A program made the translations under genes and the position numbers. Below are positions 40,846-50,238 of a DNA stretch of 64,000 nt, in pieces. The number at the start of each line of letters is the position of its first letter. Within the stretch, counting starts at the first letter, position 1. The DNA is from Myxococcota bacterium (GTDB lineage: Bacteria > Myxococcota_A > UBA9042 > PHBI01 > JAWLBL01). The stretch lies in NCBI GenBank assembly GCA_041687695.1, contig JAWLBL010000014.1:96001-160000 (forward strand), given 5' to 3'. A model generated the notes under the pieces. It made no database searches. It saw only the letters and a list, made by a program, of their open reading frames with translations, and was not told the origin of the DNA.

Positions 40846-40861
40846 TGCAATAGGTATGCCA
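40846..40861 (-). promoter_or_regulatory. Sigma-54 (-24/-12) promoter
   Basis: TGGCATACCTATTGCA on minus strand, GG-N10-GC, about 36 nt upstream of ATG 40809. Confidence 0.7.
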
Positions 40862-40966
40862 CGCACGCTCCAGCGCGCGATCGGCCCGGCGGCGCGCAAG
40901 GACTCCGTGGTCGGTCCGCAATCGCTGCACAGCGGCGCGTGACGCTGGGATCAGACCCGGCCACCG

Positions 40967-41188
40967 CTACATGTGCGCGCGGCGGACCTTCAGATCGGTC
41001 GTCTCGCCCAGCGACTGCTTGCAGGATCGGCAGCGGTAGTCGATGCGCGTCGGCAGCGTCGAGATGCCGAACAGCAGCGTGCACCACCCGAAGAACGAGT
41101 AGTGCGGCTCCTTCTCGACCATCGCGTGGTCGCGCGTGTAACCACAGCGGCAGGTGTCGGACGCCGCGTCCCGATGGGCCTCGGCCAT
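40967..41188 (-). CDS. Small Cys-containing protein (CxC - hydrophobic segment - CxxC)
   Basis: SD GGAGGAG; TCRCGY..YSFFGWCTLLFGIS..YRCRSC. Confidence 0.65.
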   Translation of the reverse strand: MAEAHRDAASDTCRCGYTRDHAMVEKEPHYSFFGWCTLLFGISTLPTRIDYRCRSCKQSLGETTDLKVRRAHM

Positions 41189-41283
41189 GATCTCCTCCAG
41201 CGCGCCGCGACCAGCGGCGGCGCGGCCCGAAGGATAGGTCCGCCTCGCGCACTGTCTACCGGAAAACGGCATCGACCGCCCGT

Positions 41284-41307
41284 GGCTGGGGTCCGCAGAC
41301 CCCAGCC
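41284..41307 (-). terminator. Hairpin downstream of dnaE
   Basis: 10-bp perfect stem GGCTGGGGTC/GACCCCAGCC with 4-nt loop. Confidence 0.45.
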
Positions 41308-41323
41308 GTGGGGACCGGACGGC

Positions 41324-44300
41324 TCAGTGGCACGAGACGTTGCCCTTGCCGACGACCCGCTCGGCGCGGGTGATGGTCTCGTCGTCCGTCCCCAGGCGGA
41401 AGCCTTCGGCCAGCGAGACGAAGGCCTCGCCGCAGGTGGGGACTTCGAGCACCAGCTCGACCGGGACGCCGTCGACGCTCGTGACGAGCAGCTCGTGCAG
41501 ACGCACCAAGGTCTGATCGGTCGCCACGCTCGCGTCCATCCGCAGGCGGATGCGGCGCGTCTCCTCCTGGCGCAGCTGGCCCCAGGTCTGCACCTTCTCG
41601 GCCTTGAGGCGCACCGTCTTGGCCTCCTCCTCGCCTTCGAGCTGCACCATCGCTTCGATGACCAGCGGCTCGTCGCTCTTGAGCGCGGCCTCGGCGTCGC
41701 CGAAGACCGACGAGAAGACCAGCAGCTCGACGCGCCCCGTCAAGTCCTCGATGGTCGCGAAGGCCATCCGCCCGTTGCCGCTCTTGAGGGGTCGCTCGCG
41801 CATCTCGGTCACGACGCCAGCGACGCGCACCCGGGTCCGGGGCTCGAGCTGGTCGACCTTCTCGAGCGGCACGCAGCCGTGCTTGTCCATGTCGGGCTTG
41901 TAGCGGTCGAGCGGGTGGCCCGAGACGTAGAACCCCAGGCACTCCTTCTCGTAGGCCAGCCTCAGCTTGTCGGGCCACTCGTCGCCCACCTCGACCAGCG
42001 GGGTGGGGTCGGCCGACCTCACCGGCTCGAGCGCGCCGAACAGATCGAACTGGCCGGCCTCCCGGTCGCGCTGGATCTGCTGCCCGCGCTCGATGGCGCG
42101 GTCCAGGGTGTCCCACAGGGTCGAGCGCGGCAGGTTCCAGTCGTCGAAGGCGCCGCACTTGACCAGGGCCTCCATCACGCGCCGGTTCACGCGCCGCAGA
42201 TCGACCCGCTCGCAGAAGTCGAACAGGTGCAGGAAGGGCCCGCCCTCGGCCCGCGCCTCCATGATGCTGTCGACCGCGCCCCCGCCCACGCCCTTGACGG
42301 CCCCGAGCCCGAAGCGGATGGCGCCCTCGCTGGTCGTGAAGTCCGCCGCCGACTCGGTCACCGAGGGCGGCTGGACCTGGATGCCCATCGAGCGCGCCTC
42401 GGCGATGAAGCGCACCACCTTGTCGGTGTTGTCGCCGTCGCAGGTCAGCAGCGCGGCCATGAACTCGACCGGCCAGTGCGTCTTGAGCCACGCCGTCTGG
42501 TAGCTGATGAGGCCGTAGGCCGCCGAGTGGGACTTGTTGAAGCCGTAGCCGGCGAACTTGTCGATGGTGTCGAAGATGGTGTCGGCCTGCTCGGCCGACA
42601 CGCCGCGCGCCTCGCACCCCTCGCGGAAGACCTGGCGCTGCTTGGCCATCTCCTCGGGCTTCTTCTTGCCCATGGCGCGCCGCAGGATGTCCGCCTGCCC
42701 GAGCGAGAAGCCCGCCAGCACGCTGGCGGCCTGCATGACCTGCTCCTGGTAGACCATCACCCCGTAGGTCTCTTTGAGGGTCTGCTCGAGCTTGGGATGG
42801 GGGTACTCGACGACCTCCTCGCGGTGCTTTCGGCGGATGAACGAGTCGACCATGCCCGACTGCAGCGGGCCCGGGCGGTACAGGGCCACGGCCGCGATGA
42901 CGTCCTCGAGGCAGTCGGGCTTGAGCTTGCGGAGCAGCTCCTTGAAGCCCGACGACTCGAGCTGGAACACGCCGGTCGTGTTGCCGCCGCTCATCAGGTC
43001 GTAGACGGCCTTGTCGGCGAGATCGATGGCCGCGATGTCGAGCGGCGCCTCGCCTCGCTTGGCCTTGGTCTCGTTGACCAGGCGCACCGCGTGGTCGACG
43101 ACGGTCAGGGTCTTGAGGCCCAGGAAGTCGAACTTGACGAGGCCGGCCTCCTCGACCTCGTTCTTGGCGAACTGCGTGATGAGGGTCGCGCGGCCGTTCT
43201 CGTCGTGGACCGCGTACAGCGGCACGTACTCCCACAGGGGCTTGTCGCCGATGACGACGCCCGCGGCGTGCATGCCCGGCTGGCGGTTGAGGCCCTCGAG
43301 CACGCGCGCGATCTCGAACAGGCGCGCGTAGCGCGGGTCCTCGTCGCACAGGGCGGTCAGGCGGGGCTCGACCTCGAAGGCCTTGTCGAGCGTCATCCCG
43401 AGGTCGTCGGGGATGAGCTTGGCCGCCCGGTCGGCCTCGGCGAAGCTCAGGCCGTATACGCGCGCCACGTCGCGCACCACCGCCTTGGCCTTCATCGTGC
43501 CGTAGGTGATGATCTGGCCGACGTTGTCCTCGCCGTACTTGCGCGTGACGTACTGGATGACCCGGTCGCGCTTGTTCATGCAGAAGTCGATGTCGAAGTC
43601 CGGCATCGACACGCGCTCGGGGTTCAGGAAGCGCTCGAACAGCAAGGAATAGCGGATGGGGTCGATGTCCGTGATGCGCAGCGCGTAGGCGACCAGCGAG
43701 CCGGCGCCCGAGCCGCGGCCCGGCCCGACCGGGACGTCGTGCTCCTTGGCGTAGTTGATGAAGTCCCAGACGATGAGGAAGTACCCCGGGAACCCCATCT
43801 GGATGATGATGTCGAGCTCGACGTCGAGGCGCTTGCGATAGACCGGCTCGTCGGCGTCGAGGCCCAGCTCGCGCGCGTGCTCGAGGCGCTTGCTCAGCCC
43901 CTCGTGCGACAGGTGCCGCAGGTAGCTGTTCGCGTCGAAGCCCTCGGGGACCTGATAGGTCGGCAGGTAGGTCTTGCCCAGCTCGATCTCGACCGAGCAC
44001 ATCTCGGCGATGCGGCGCGTGTTCTCGACCGCCTCGGGCAGGTCGGCGAAGCGCTCGGCCATCTCGTCGGCGGGCGCGAGGTGGAGGTCGTCGGTGATGC
44101 GCGCCTTGGTCTCGAGATCGGGCAGCGACTTGCCCATCTGGATGCACATCAGGATCTCGTGCGCGGCCGCGTCCTCGCGCTTGGCGTAGTGGGCGTCGGC
44201 CCCGGCGACGAGCGGCAGCGACAGCTCCTCGGCCAGCTGGACGATGGCCGGGTTGACCTCGTCCTGCTCCTTGATGCCGCTGCGCAGGACCTCGAGGAAG

Positions 44301-44806
44301 AAGCAGCCGGGCTCGAACAGGCCCTGATAGACCCGGGCGACCTGCGTCGCCTCCTCGTAGCGCCCGCGGACGAGGGCCTGCGCGATCTCGCCCGACAGCC
44401 CGCCCGACAGCCCGATGAGCCCGGCGGCGTGCTCGCGCAGCAGCGCCCGGTCGATGCGCGGCCTGGGACACTTGGTGGGGGTGTCCATGTAGGCGCGGCT
44501 GAGCAGGTAGCAGAGGTTGCGGTAGCCCTCGATCGTCCGGCACAGCAGGACCAGCGTCCACGTCTTGCGTTGCTCGGGATCGGTCCGCCCGTCGGGGACC
44601 AGGCTGACCTCGGCGCCGAAGATGGGCTTGACCTTGGCCTTCTTGCACGCCTTCTGGAAGTCGACCGCGCCGAACATGTTGTCGTGGTCCGTCAGCGCGA
44701 TGGCGGGGGCGCCGTCGGCGGTCGCCCGGGCGACGAGATCCTTGATGCGGATCGTCGCGTCCAGCATCGAGAACTCGCTGTGGGTGTGCAGATGGACGAA
44801 CGTCAT
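41324..44806 (-). CDS. dnaE: DNA polymerase III alpha subunit
   Basis: PHP HLHTH/TDH; GPGRGSGAGS; SMPDFDIDF; KFDFLGL; FAGYGFNKSHS; OB fold. Confidence 0.97.
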   Translation of the reverse strand: MTFVHLHTHSEFSMLDATIRIKDLVARATADGAPAIALTDHDNMFGAVDFQKACKKAKVKPIFGAEVSLVPDGRTDPEQRKTWTLVLLCRTIEGYRNLCYLLSRAYMDTPTKCPRPRIDRALLREHAAGLIGLSGGLSGEIAQALVRGRYEEATQVARVYQGLFEPGCFFLEVLRSGIKEQDEVNPAIVQLAEELSLPLVAGADAHYAKREDAAAHEILMCIQMGKSLPDLETKARITDDLHLAPADEMAERFADLPEAVENTRRIAEMCSVEIELGKTYLPTYQVPEGFDANSYLRHLSHEGLSKRLEHARELGLDADEPVYRKRLDVELDIIIQMGFPGYFLIVWDFINYAKEHDVPVGPGRGSGAGSLVAYALRITDIDPIRYSLLFERFLNPERVSMPDFDIDFCMNKRDRVIQYVTRKYGEDNVGQIITYGTMKAKAVVRDVARVYGLSFAEADRAAKLIPDDLGMTLDKAFEVEPRLTALCDEDPRYARLFEIARVLEGLNRQPGMHAAGVVIGDKPLWEYVPLYAVHDENGRATLITQFAKNEVEEAGLVKFDFLGLKTLTVVDHAVRLVNETKAKRGEAPLDIAAIDLADKAVYDLMSGGNTTGVFQLESSGFKELLRKLKPDCLEDVIAAVALYRPGPLQSGMVDSFIRRKHREEVVEYPHPKLEQTLKETYGVMVYQEQVMQAASVLAGFSLGQADILRRAMGKKKPEEMAKQRQVFREGCEARGVSAEQADTIFDTIDKFAGYGFNKSHSAAYGLISYQTAWLKTHWPVEFMAALLTCDGDNTDKVVRFIAEARSMGIQVQPPSVTESAADFTTSEGAIRFGLGAVKGVGGGAVDSIMEARAEGGPFLHLFDFCERVDLRRVNRRVMEALVKCGAFDDWNLPRSTLWDTLDRAIERGQQIQRDREAGQFDLFGALEPVRSADPTPLVEVGDEWPDKLRLAYEKECLGFYVSGHPLDRYKPDMDKHGCVPLEKVDQLEPRTRVRVAGVVTEMRERPLKSGNGRMAFATIEDLTGRVELLVFSSVFGDAEAALKSDEPLVIEAMVQLEGEEEAKTVRLKAEKVQTWGQLRQEETRRIRLRMDASVATDQTLVRLHELLVTSVDGVPVELVLEVPTCGEAFVSLAEGFRLGTDDETITRAERVVGKGNVSCH

Positions 44807-45036
44807 GGGCCCCTTCTCGCGCTCGGCACGGGCGGCGCGTCGCGGCAGGCGAGCGGCCCGCGCGGCGCGGCGTCCGGTCTACCGCCGCCCCCTTGGGCGG
44901 TCAACTCCACGCCGGCACGCGCCGGCACGCGCCGACACCCGCCCGTCCGGCGATCGAGGCGCCTGAGCGGTTGACCCGGGCCGCGCTCCCCGCGATGCTG
45001 CGGCTCCCCTGGCCCCTGGCCCCCCTGGAGGACCCC

Positions 45037-45582
45037 TTGGCCCGACGCGCCGACAACCTCGTTTGGCTCGACATGGAGATGTCAGGCCTCGATCCCGAGG
45101 TCTGTCGCCCCCTCGAAATGGCGACCCTGGTCACCAACAACGCCCTCGAGATCATCGCCGAGGGTCCCAACATCGTCATCCACCAGTCCGACGAGGTCCT
45201 CGCGGCCATGGACGCCTGGAACACCCAGCACCACGGCGACAGCGGCCTGACGCTGTCGGTGCGCCAGTCGCGCGTGACGATGCGCGAGGCCGAGCAGATG
45301 ACGCTCGACTTCCTCGAGATGTGGACGGAGCCCGGCAAGTCGCCCCTGTGCGGCAACTCCATCGGGCAGGACCGGCGCTTCCTCAGGCGCTACATGCCGC
45401 GCCTCGACCGCCACTTCCACTACCGGGTCATCGACATCTCGACGATGAAGGAGCTGGCCAAGCGCTGGTACGGCATCGTGCCGCCGCCCAAGCACGAGAC
45501 GCACCGCGCGCTCGAGGACATCCGCGAGTCCATCGAGGAGCTGCGCTTCTACCGCCGCACCATCTTCAAGCCCGAGCTCTGA
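45037..45582 (+). CDS. orn: Oligoribonuclease
   Basis: LVWLDMEMSGLD, WNTQHHGDSGL, PLCGNSIGQDRRFL, HRALEDIRESIEEL; TTG after GGAGGA. Confidence 0.93.
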   Translation: MARRADNLVWLDMEMSGLDPEVCRPLEMATLVTNNALEIIAEGPNIVIHQSDEVLAAMDAWNTQHHGDSGLTLSVRQSRVTMREAEQMTLDFLEMWTEPGKSPLCGNSIGQDRRFLRRYMPRLDRHFHYRVIDISTMKELAKRWYGIVPPPKHETHRALEDIRESIEELRFYRRTIFKPEL

Positions 45583-45686
45583 GCGCGCCCCGTCGCCCGG
45601 GGCGACGACCCGGAAGGATTTGACAGACGGGCCCGGGTGGGCGACTGCTACGGGCCTGCCCCCCCCGCCCCCCGCCCGGAGGATCC

Positions 45687-46109
45687 ATGCGCCTGCTCGC
45701 CCTCGCCGCCTTGTCGCTGTCCCTCGCCAGCCTCACCGGCTGCCCGCAGCCGGTGCCCGACCGGCCGCCCGAGCCTCAGGCGGACCCGGCGTTCCCCCAG
45801 GGGTACCAGGGCTGGCAGAAGATCAACGCCCAGACCATCGTGCGCGAGGACGAGGGCATCGCCCGCGAGCTCTTCGCGAGCCCGACCGCCGAGGTCCTGG
45901 TCAAGGAGCAGTACGTCCTCGCGGGCGGCGAGGTCGGCCCGATGCAGAAGATCGCCGTCATGCGCAAGACGGGTGACACGCCGCACAACGGCTGGACGTT
46001 CCTGTCCTTCGACCCGCAGACCAAGACCCAGCTGACCGACGACACCACCGCCTGCGTCGGCTGCCATGGCCTCGCCGACGGCGAGGACTTCGTCTTCAGC
46101 GACCTGTAG
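45687..46109 (+). CDS. Cytochrome P460 / c'-beta family lipoprotein
   Basis: Lipobox LTGC; YQGW, VLVKE, AVMRK, GWTF; C-terminal CVGCH and DFVF. Confidence 0.7.
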   Translation: MRLLALAALSLSLASLTGCPQPVPDRPPEPQADPAFPQGYQGWQKINAQTIVREDEGIARELFASPTAEVLVKEQYVLAGGEVGPMQKIAVMRKTGDTPHNGWTFLSFDPQTKTQLTDDTTACVGCHGLADGEDFVFSDL

Positions 46110-46161
46110 AGCGCCTCGGACGCCTACACGGGGCTCGGGCCGGACCGAAGCCCCGTCGGGC

Positions 46162-47769
46162 TCAGCTGCGCCGGCCGCGCACCAGGAAGGTGTCGCGCTT
46201 CCAGTGGTCGTCGCGCTGCGGGAAGTCGATGGTGTAGTGCAGCCCGCGGCTCTCGCGGCGGATGAGGGCGCTGTCGACGATGAGCGAGGCCACCGAGGCG
46301 ATGTTGCGCAGCTCGACGAGGTCGCGCGTGAGGACGAAGGACCAGTAGTCCTCCTTGATCTCCTGGCCCAGGACGTCCAGGCGCCGGCGCGCGCGCATCA
46401 GGCGCTTGTTCGAGCGCACGATGCCGACGTAGTTCCACATCAGGCGGCGGATCTCGTCCCAGGCGTGGGCGATGAGGACGTTCTCGTCGGGGTCGGTCGC
46501 GAAGCCGGTGTTCCAGTCCGGGACGGCCGGGTCGAGGTCGGTGTCGGCGGCGGCCTGGATCTGCGGCGAGACGGACGCCGCGCGATGCGAGAAGACGAGG
46601 GCCTCGAGCAGCGAGTTGGAGGCGAGGCGGTTGGCGCCGTGCAGGCCCGTGTGGCTGACCTCGCCCGAGGCGAGCAGGCCCGGCAAGGTGGTGCGGCCCC
46701 AGGCGTCGGTGTGGACGCCGCCGCAGCAGTAGTGGGCGGCGGGGACCACCGGGATGGGCTGCACGCGCATGTCGATGCCGAAGCCCAGCAGGGTCCCGTG
46801 AACGCCCGGGAAGCGGTCCTCGAGCATCTCGGGCGGCAGGTGGGTCATGTCGAGCAGCACGTGCGGGTCACCCGACCGCTTGAGCTCGCTGTCGATGGCG
46901 CGGGCGACGATGTCGCGGGGCGCCAGGTCCCGCAGCGGATGGTAGGCCTCCATGAAGGCCGTCCCGTCCAGCCGGCGCAGGACGCCGCCCTCGCCGCGGC
47001 AGGCCTCGGTGATGAGCGAGTTCTTGGCCTGCGGGTGGTACAGGCAGGTCGGGTGGAACTGGAAGAACTCCATGTTGGCGATGTGGGCGCCGGCACGCCA
47101 CGCCATGGCCACGCCGTCGCCCGTCGCGATGTCCGGGTTGGACGTGTAGCGGTAGACCTTGCCGGCGCCGCCGGTCGCCAGCATGACCACGCGCCCGAGG
47201 AAGGTCTCGACCCGGCCGCTGTCGGCCTCGAGCGAGTAGGCGCCCAGGACGCGGTCCTCGCCGCCCATCCCCAGGCGATAGCGGGTGATGAGGTCGATGA
47301 CGTGGTGGTCCTCGAAGACCTGGATGTTCGGGTGGCGGTCCACGGCGTCGACCAGCGCCGCCTGGACGGCCGCCCCCGTCATGTCCTTGGCGTGCACGAT
47401 GCGGCGCGCCGAGTGGCCGCCCTCGCGGGTGAGATCCAGCTCGCCGCGGCCGTCCTCGCCGCGCCGGGTGAAGGCGACGCCGAGCTCGATGAGCTCCTGC
47501 AGGCGCGCGGGGCCCTCCTCGACACAGATCCGCACCACCTCGGCGTTGTTCAGGCCGTCGCCGGCCGTGATGGTGTCCTGGATGTGGGCGTCGAAGGTGT
47601 CGTGGGCGTCCATCACGGCCGCGATGCCACCCTGCGCCCAGCGCGTGTTGGACTCGACGCGGTCGCGCTTGGTCAGCACCGCGACCGTCCCGCGGTCGGC
47701 CATCTTGAGGGCGTAGGAGAGGCCGGCGACGCCGCTCCCGAGGACCAGGGTGTCGAAGACGTGACGCAT
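46162..47769 (-). CDS. nadB: L-aspartate oxidase
   Basis: GSGVAGL, WAQGGIAA, EGGHSARRI, QFHPT, LAPRDIVAR, GLHGANRLASNSLLE, ESRGLHY. Confidence 0.95.
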   Translation of the reverse strand: MRHVFDTLVLGSGVAGLSYALKMADRGTVAVLTKRDRVESNTRWAQGGIAAVMDAHDTFDAHIQDTITAGDGLNNAEVVRICVEEGPARLQELIELGVAFTRRGEDGRGELDLTREGGHSARRIVHAKDMTGAAVQAALVDAVDRHPNIQVFEDHHVIDLITRYRLGMGGEDRVLGAYSLEADSGRVETFLGRVVMLATGGAGKVYRYTSNPDIATGDGVAMAWRAGAHIANMEFFQFHPTCLYHPQAKNSLITEACRGEGGVLRRLDGTAFMEAYHPLRDLAPRDIVARAIDSELKRSGDPHVLLDMTHLPPEMLEDRFPGVHGTLLGFGIDMRVQPIPVVPAAHYCCGGVHTDAWGRTTLPGLLASGEVSHTGLHGANRLASNSLLEALVFSHRAASVSPQIQAAADTDLDPAVPDWNTGFATDPDENVLIAHAWDEIRRLMWNYVGIVRSNKRLMRARRRLDVLGQEIKEDYWSFVLTRDLVELRNIASVASLIVDSALIRRESRGLHYTIDFPQRDDHWKRDTFLVRGRRS

Positions 47770-47813
47770 GCCGCGACCATAGCAGGCGGCCTCGGAGCCG
47801 CGAAGCGCGGTTT

Positions 47814-47842
47814 TTGGGCTTGGCCGCGACTGCGGTTATAGT
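47814..47842 (+). promoter_or_regulatory. Putative sigma-70 promoter of the transglycosylase gene
   Basis: TTGGGC-N17-TATAGT. Confidence 0.4.
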
Positions 47843-47875
47843 CGGGCCGAACCCCGCTCCCGCGAGGCCCCCGCC

Positions 47876-48574
47876 ATGCGTCTGAGACCCCTCGCCGTCG
47901 CCGTCGCCCTCGCCGCCTCGCTGGGCCTCGCGACCGCCGCCCAGGCCAACATCTACGAGTGCGTCAAGGACGGCCGCCGCTGGATCACCAACGAGCGGAT
48001 GACCGGCGCGCGCTGCAAGGTCAAGATGCTCCTCGAGGGCCAGGCCGTCGGCGCGTCCTCGTCGTCCTCGTCGCGGCCCTCGGGCGGCTACGCCACCGCG
48101 ACCGCCTCGCCCAAGCGCGCCAAGGACTTCCGCCCGCCGTCCATCGGCCCCTCGCGGGTGGCCGGCGACGGCGACACCGTCCGCGCGCGGATGAAGCTGT
48201 ACGAGCCCTACATCACCGAGGCGTCGGAGGCGTACGGCATCCCCGAGGCCTTCATCCGGGCGGTCATCCGCGTCGAGAGCAACTTCGACTACAAGGCGGT
48301 CAGCTCGGCCGGCGCCCAGGGGCTGATGCAGCTGATGCCCGGGACGGCGCGCCAGATGGGCGTCAACGACTCGTTCGACCCGCGCCAGAACATCATGGGC
48401 GGCACGAAGTACCTGCGCCGCCTCGCCAACCGCTTCGGCGGCGACATGGTCAAGGTGCTCAGCGGCTACCACGCCGGCTCGGGCGCGGTGAACAAGAAGG
48501 GCGGCATCCCGTACGACGCCACCGAGAGCTACGTGCGGGCCGTCCTGGACCACTACTACCGCTACAAGATGTAG
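47876..48574 (+). CDS. Lytic transglycosylase (SLT domain)
   Basis: AVIRVESNF, GAQGLMQLMP, FDPRQNIMGG, YHAG; signal peptide. Confidence 0.9.
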   Translation: MRLRPLAVAVALAASLGLATAAQANIYECVKDGRRWITNERMTGARCKVKMLLEGQAVGASSSSSSRPSGGYATATASPKRAKDFRPPSIGPSRVAGDGDTVRARMKLYEPYITEASEAYGIPEAFIRAVIRVESNFDYKAVSSAGAQGLMQLMPGTARQMGVNDSFDPRQNIMGGTKYLRRLANRFGGDMVKVLSGYHAGSGAVNKKGGIPYDATESYVRAVLDHYYRYKM

Positions 48575-48648
48575 CGGCGGGACGTGGGGCGGGGCCCGCC
48601 GCCCTCCCCTTCAGGGAGTCGCGGGCCCACCGCCAGGGGCACCTTCGC

Positions 48649-48972
48649 TCAGGCCGTGGCCTTGCTGGTCAGCAGCGTCTCGAGCTCGCCCGCCTCGTGC
48701 AGCTCGCGCAGGATGTCGCTGCCTCCGACGAACTGGCCGTCGACGTAGAGCTGCGGGATGGTCGGCCAGTTCGAGTAGTCCTTGATGGCCTGCCGGACCT
48801 CCCAGTCCTGCAGCACGTTCACGGTCTCGAACTCGTGCGTGTACTGGCTCAGCAGGTTGACGGCCAGCGCCGAGAACCCGCACTGGGGCATCATCTTGCT
48901 GCCCTTCATGAACAGGACGACGCGCTTGTTCTTGACGAGATCGTCGATTTCCTTGTGGACGTCGCGAGACAT
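48649..48972 (-). CDS. grxD: Monothiol glutaredoxin (Grx4)
   Basis: LFMKG..PQCGFS, WPTIPQLY, GGSDI. Confidence 0.93.
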   Translation of the reverse strand: MSRDVHKEIDDLVKNKRVVLFMKGSKMMPQCGFSALAVNLLSQYTHEFETVNVLQDWEVRQAIKDYSNWPTIPQLYVDGQFVGGSDILRELHEAGELETLLTSKATA

Positions 48973-48977
48973 CTTGC

Positions 48978-49250
48978 TCACTCCTTCGAGGGGGTGGAGG
49001 CGAGGCCGGCCTGGGCCGCCTGCGCGGGGGTCAGCGTCTTGAGCTGCAGCGCGTGGATGCGCCCCTTCATCTCGTCGCCGAGCGAGGCGTAGACCAGCTG
49101 GTGCTGCTCGATGCGGCTGCGCCCGTCGAAGGCCTGCGACACCACGACGGCGCGCCAGTGGTCGGCGCCGCCGGTCAGGTCTTCGAGGTCGACCTGCGCG
49201 TCGGGCATCGCCTGCTGGATGAGCCCTCGGATTTCGTCGGCCGTGATCAT
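48978..49250 (-). CDS. bolA: BolA family protein
   Basis: DHWRAVVVS, QHQLVY, IHALQLKT; directly upstream of grxD. Confidence 0.9.
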   Translation of the reverse strand: MITADEIRGLIQQAMPDAQVDLEDLTGGADHWRAVVVSQAFDGRSRIEQHQLVYASLGDEMKGRIHALQLKTLTPAQAAQAGLASTPSKE

Positions 49251-49382
49251 GACTCGCCTCCTGGACGTTCGGCGGGACCCTCCGCCCGTGCGGCGGCCCC
49301 GGTCGGTCGCGGAGTGTATGCACGGCCTCGGAGCTTGTCACGGACCAAAACGGTCCGATTTGCGTCGCGCCGTCGGGCCCGC

Positions 49383-50174
49383 TCAGAGCTTCAAGGCGAA
49401 GCTGACGTCCATGGTCGTGTCCAGGGTGTCGATCGTCGCCGGGGGGCGGGCGTCGTAGGCCAGCGTGAAGCCGACCAGAACGCCCAAGCCCTCGGAGAGC
49501 TTGATCGACAGACCGCTCTGGCTGAGCAGGCGGAAGTCGGCGAAGGCGTCGAGGCGCGGCTGGAAGTAGGTGGTGTGGACCACGGCCAGCAGCGGGTCGA
49601 TGGCGAAGCGGCCGGTGACGTAGCTCGAGGCGCGGTGGTTCGTCTCGGTCTGCCCGGCGTCCACGTAGTCGCCGCTGCCGAACTTCTCGTGCTCGACCAT
49701 GTAGGACAGCGCCACGGCCAGGCTCACGGCCGGGCCGCTGACGATCTCGAGGCGCGGGCCGGTGCCGCCGAGCACGCGCATCTGCAGGCGCTTGAACTGG
49801 TCGGCGGCCAGCTGGGTGTAGGTCTCCCAGGTCAGCGTCTCGGTCAGCAGCCACTGGTGGCGCAGGTGCGTGAACACGCGGTCCAGGAAGTCGGCGCCGC
49901 CCTTGATGCCCAGCTCGTAGCTGGAGCTGGAGATGAAGCGGTGCATCCCGGCGCGGTAGCGCATCAGCACGCTCGCGCGCGCCTGGAAGATGTCGACGTT
50001 GCCCGTGCGCCAGTTCATGGCGCCCGACAGCTCGCCCGCGAAGCCGTCGTCGTCGGCGGGCGCGAGCAGCGGCTGCACGTTGACGATGTCGGCGGCCGCG
50101 TCGGTGGGCGCGAAGGCCGTGAGCGTGGCCAGGACGGCCGCGAACAGGGCGCGAGGCATCGTGGAGCGGGTCAC
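49383..50174 (-). CDS. DUF481-like outer membrane beta-barrel protein
   Basis: Signal peptide, IVNVQ, amphipathic beta pattern, GTGPR, YFQPRL. Confidence 0.65.
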   Translation of the reverse strand: MTRSTMPRALFAAVLATLTAFAPTDAAADIVNVQPLLAPADDDGFAGELSGAMNWRTGNVDIFQARASVLMRYRAGMHRFISSSSYELGIKGGADFLDRVFTHLRHQWLLTETLTWETYTQLAADQFKRLQMRVLGGTGPRLEIVSGPAVSLAVALSYMVEHEKFGSGDYVDAGQTETNHRASSYVTGRFAIDPLLAVVHTTYFQPRLDAFADFRLLSQSGLSIKLSEGLGVLVGFTLAYDARPPATIDTLDTTMDVSFALKL

Positions 50175-50238
50175 AGGGGGCCTCCGGGTCAGGGGTGACC
50201 TTGGCCCATTACCCGCTGCGACTGGCCGTGTCGACCCC

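Noticed and set aside
40973..44974. 1333-aa plus-strand ORF
   Set aside because: Antisense shadow of dnaE
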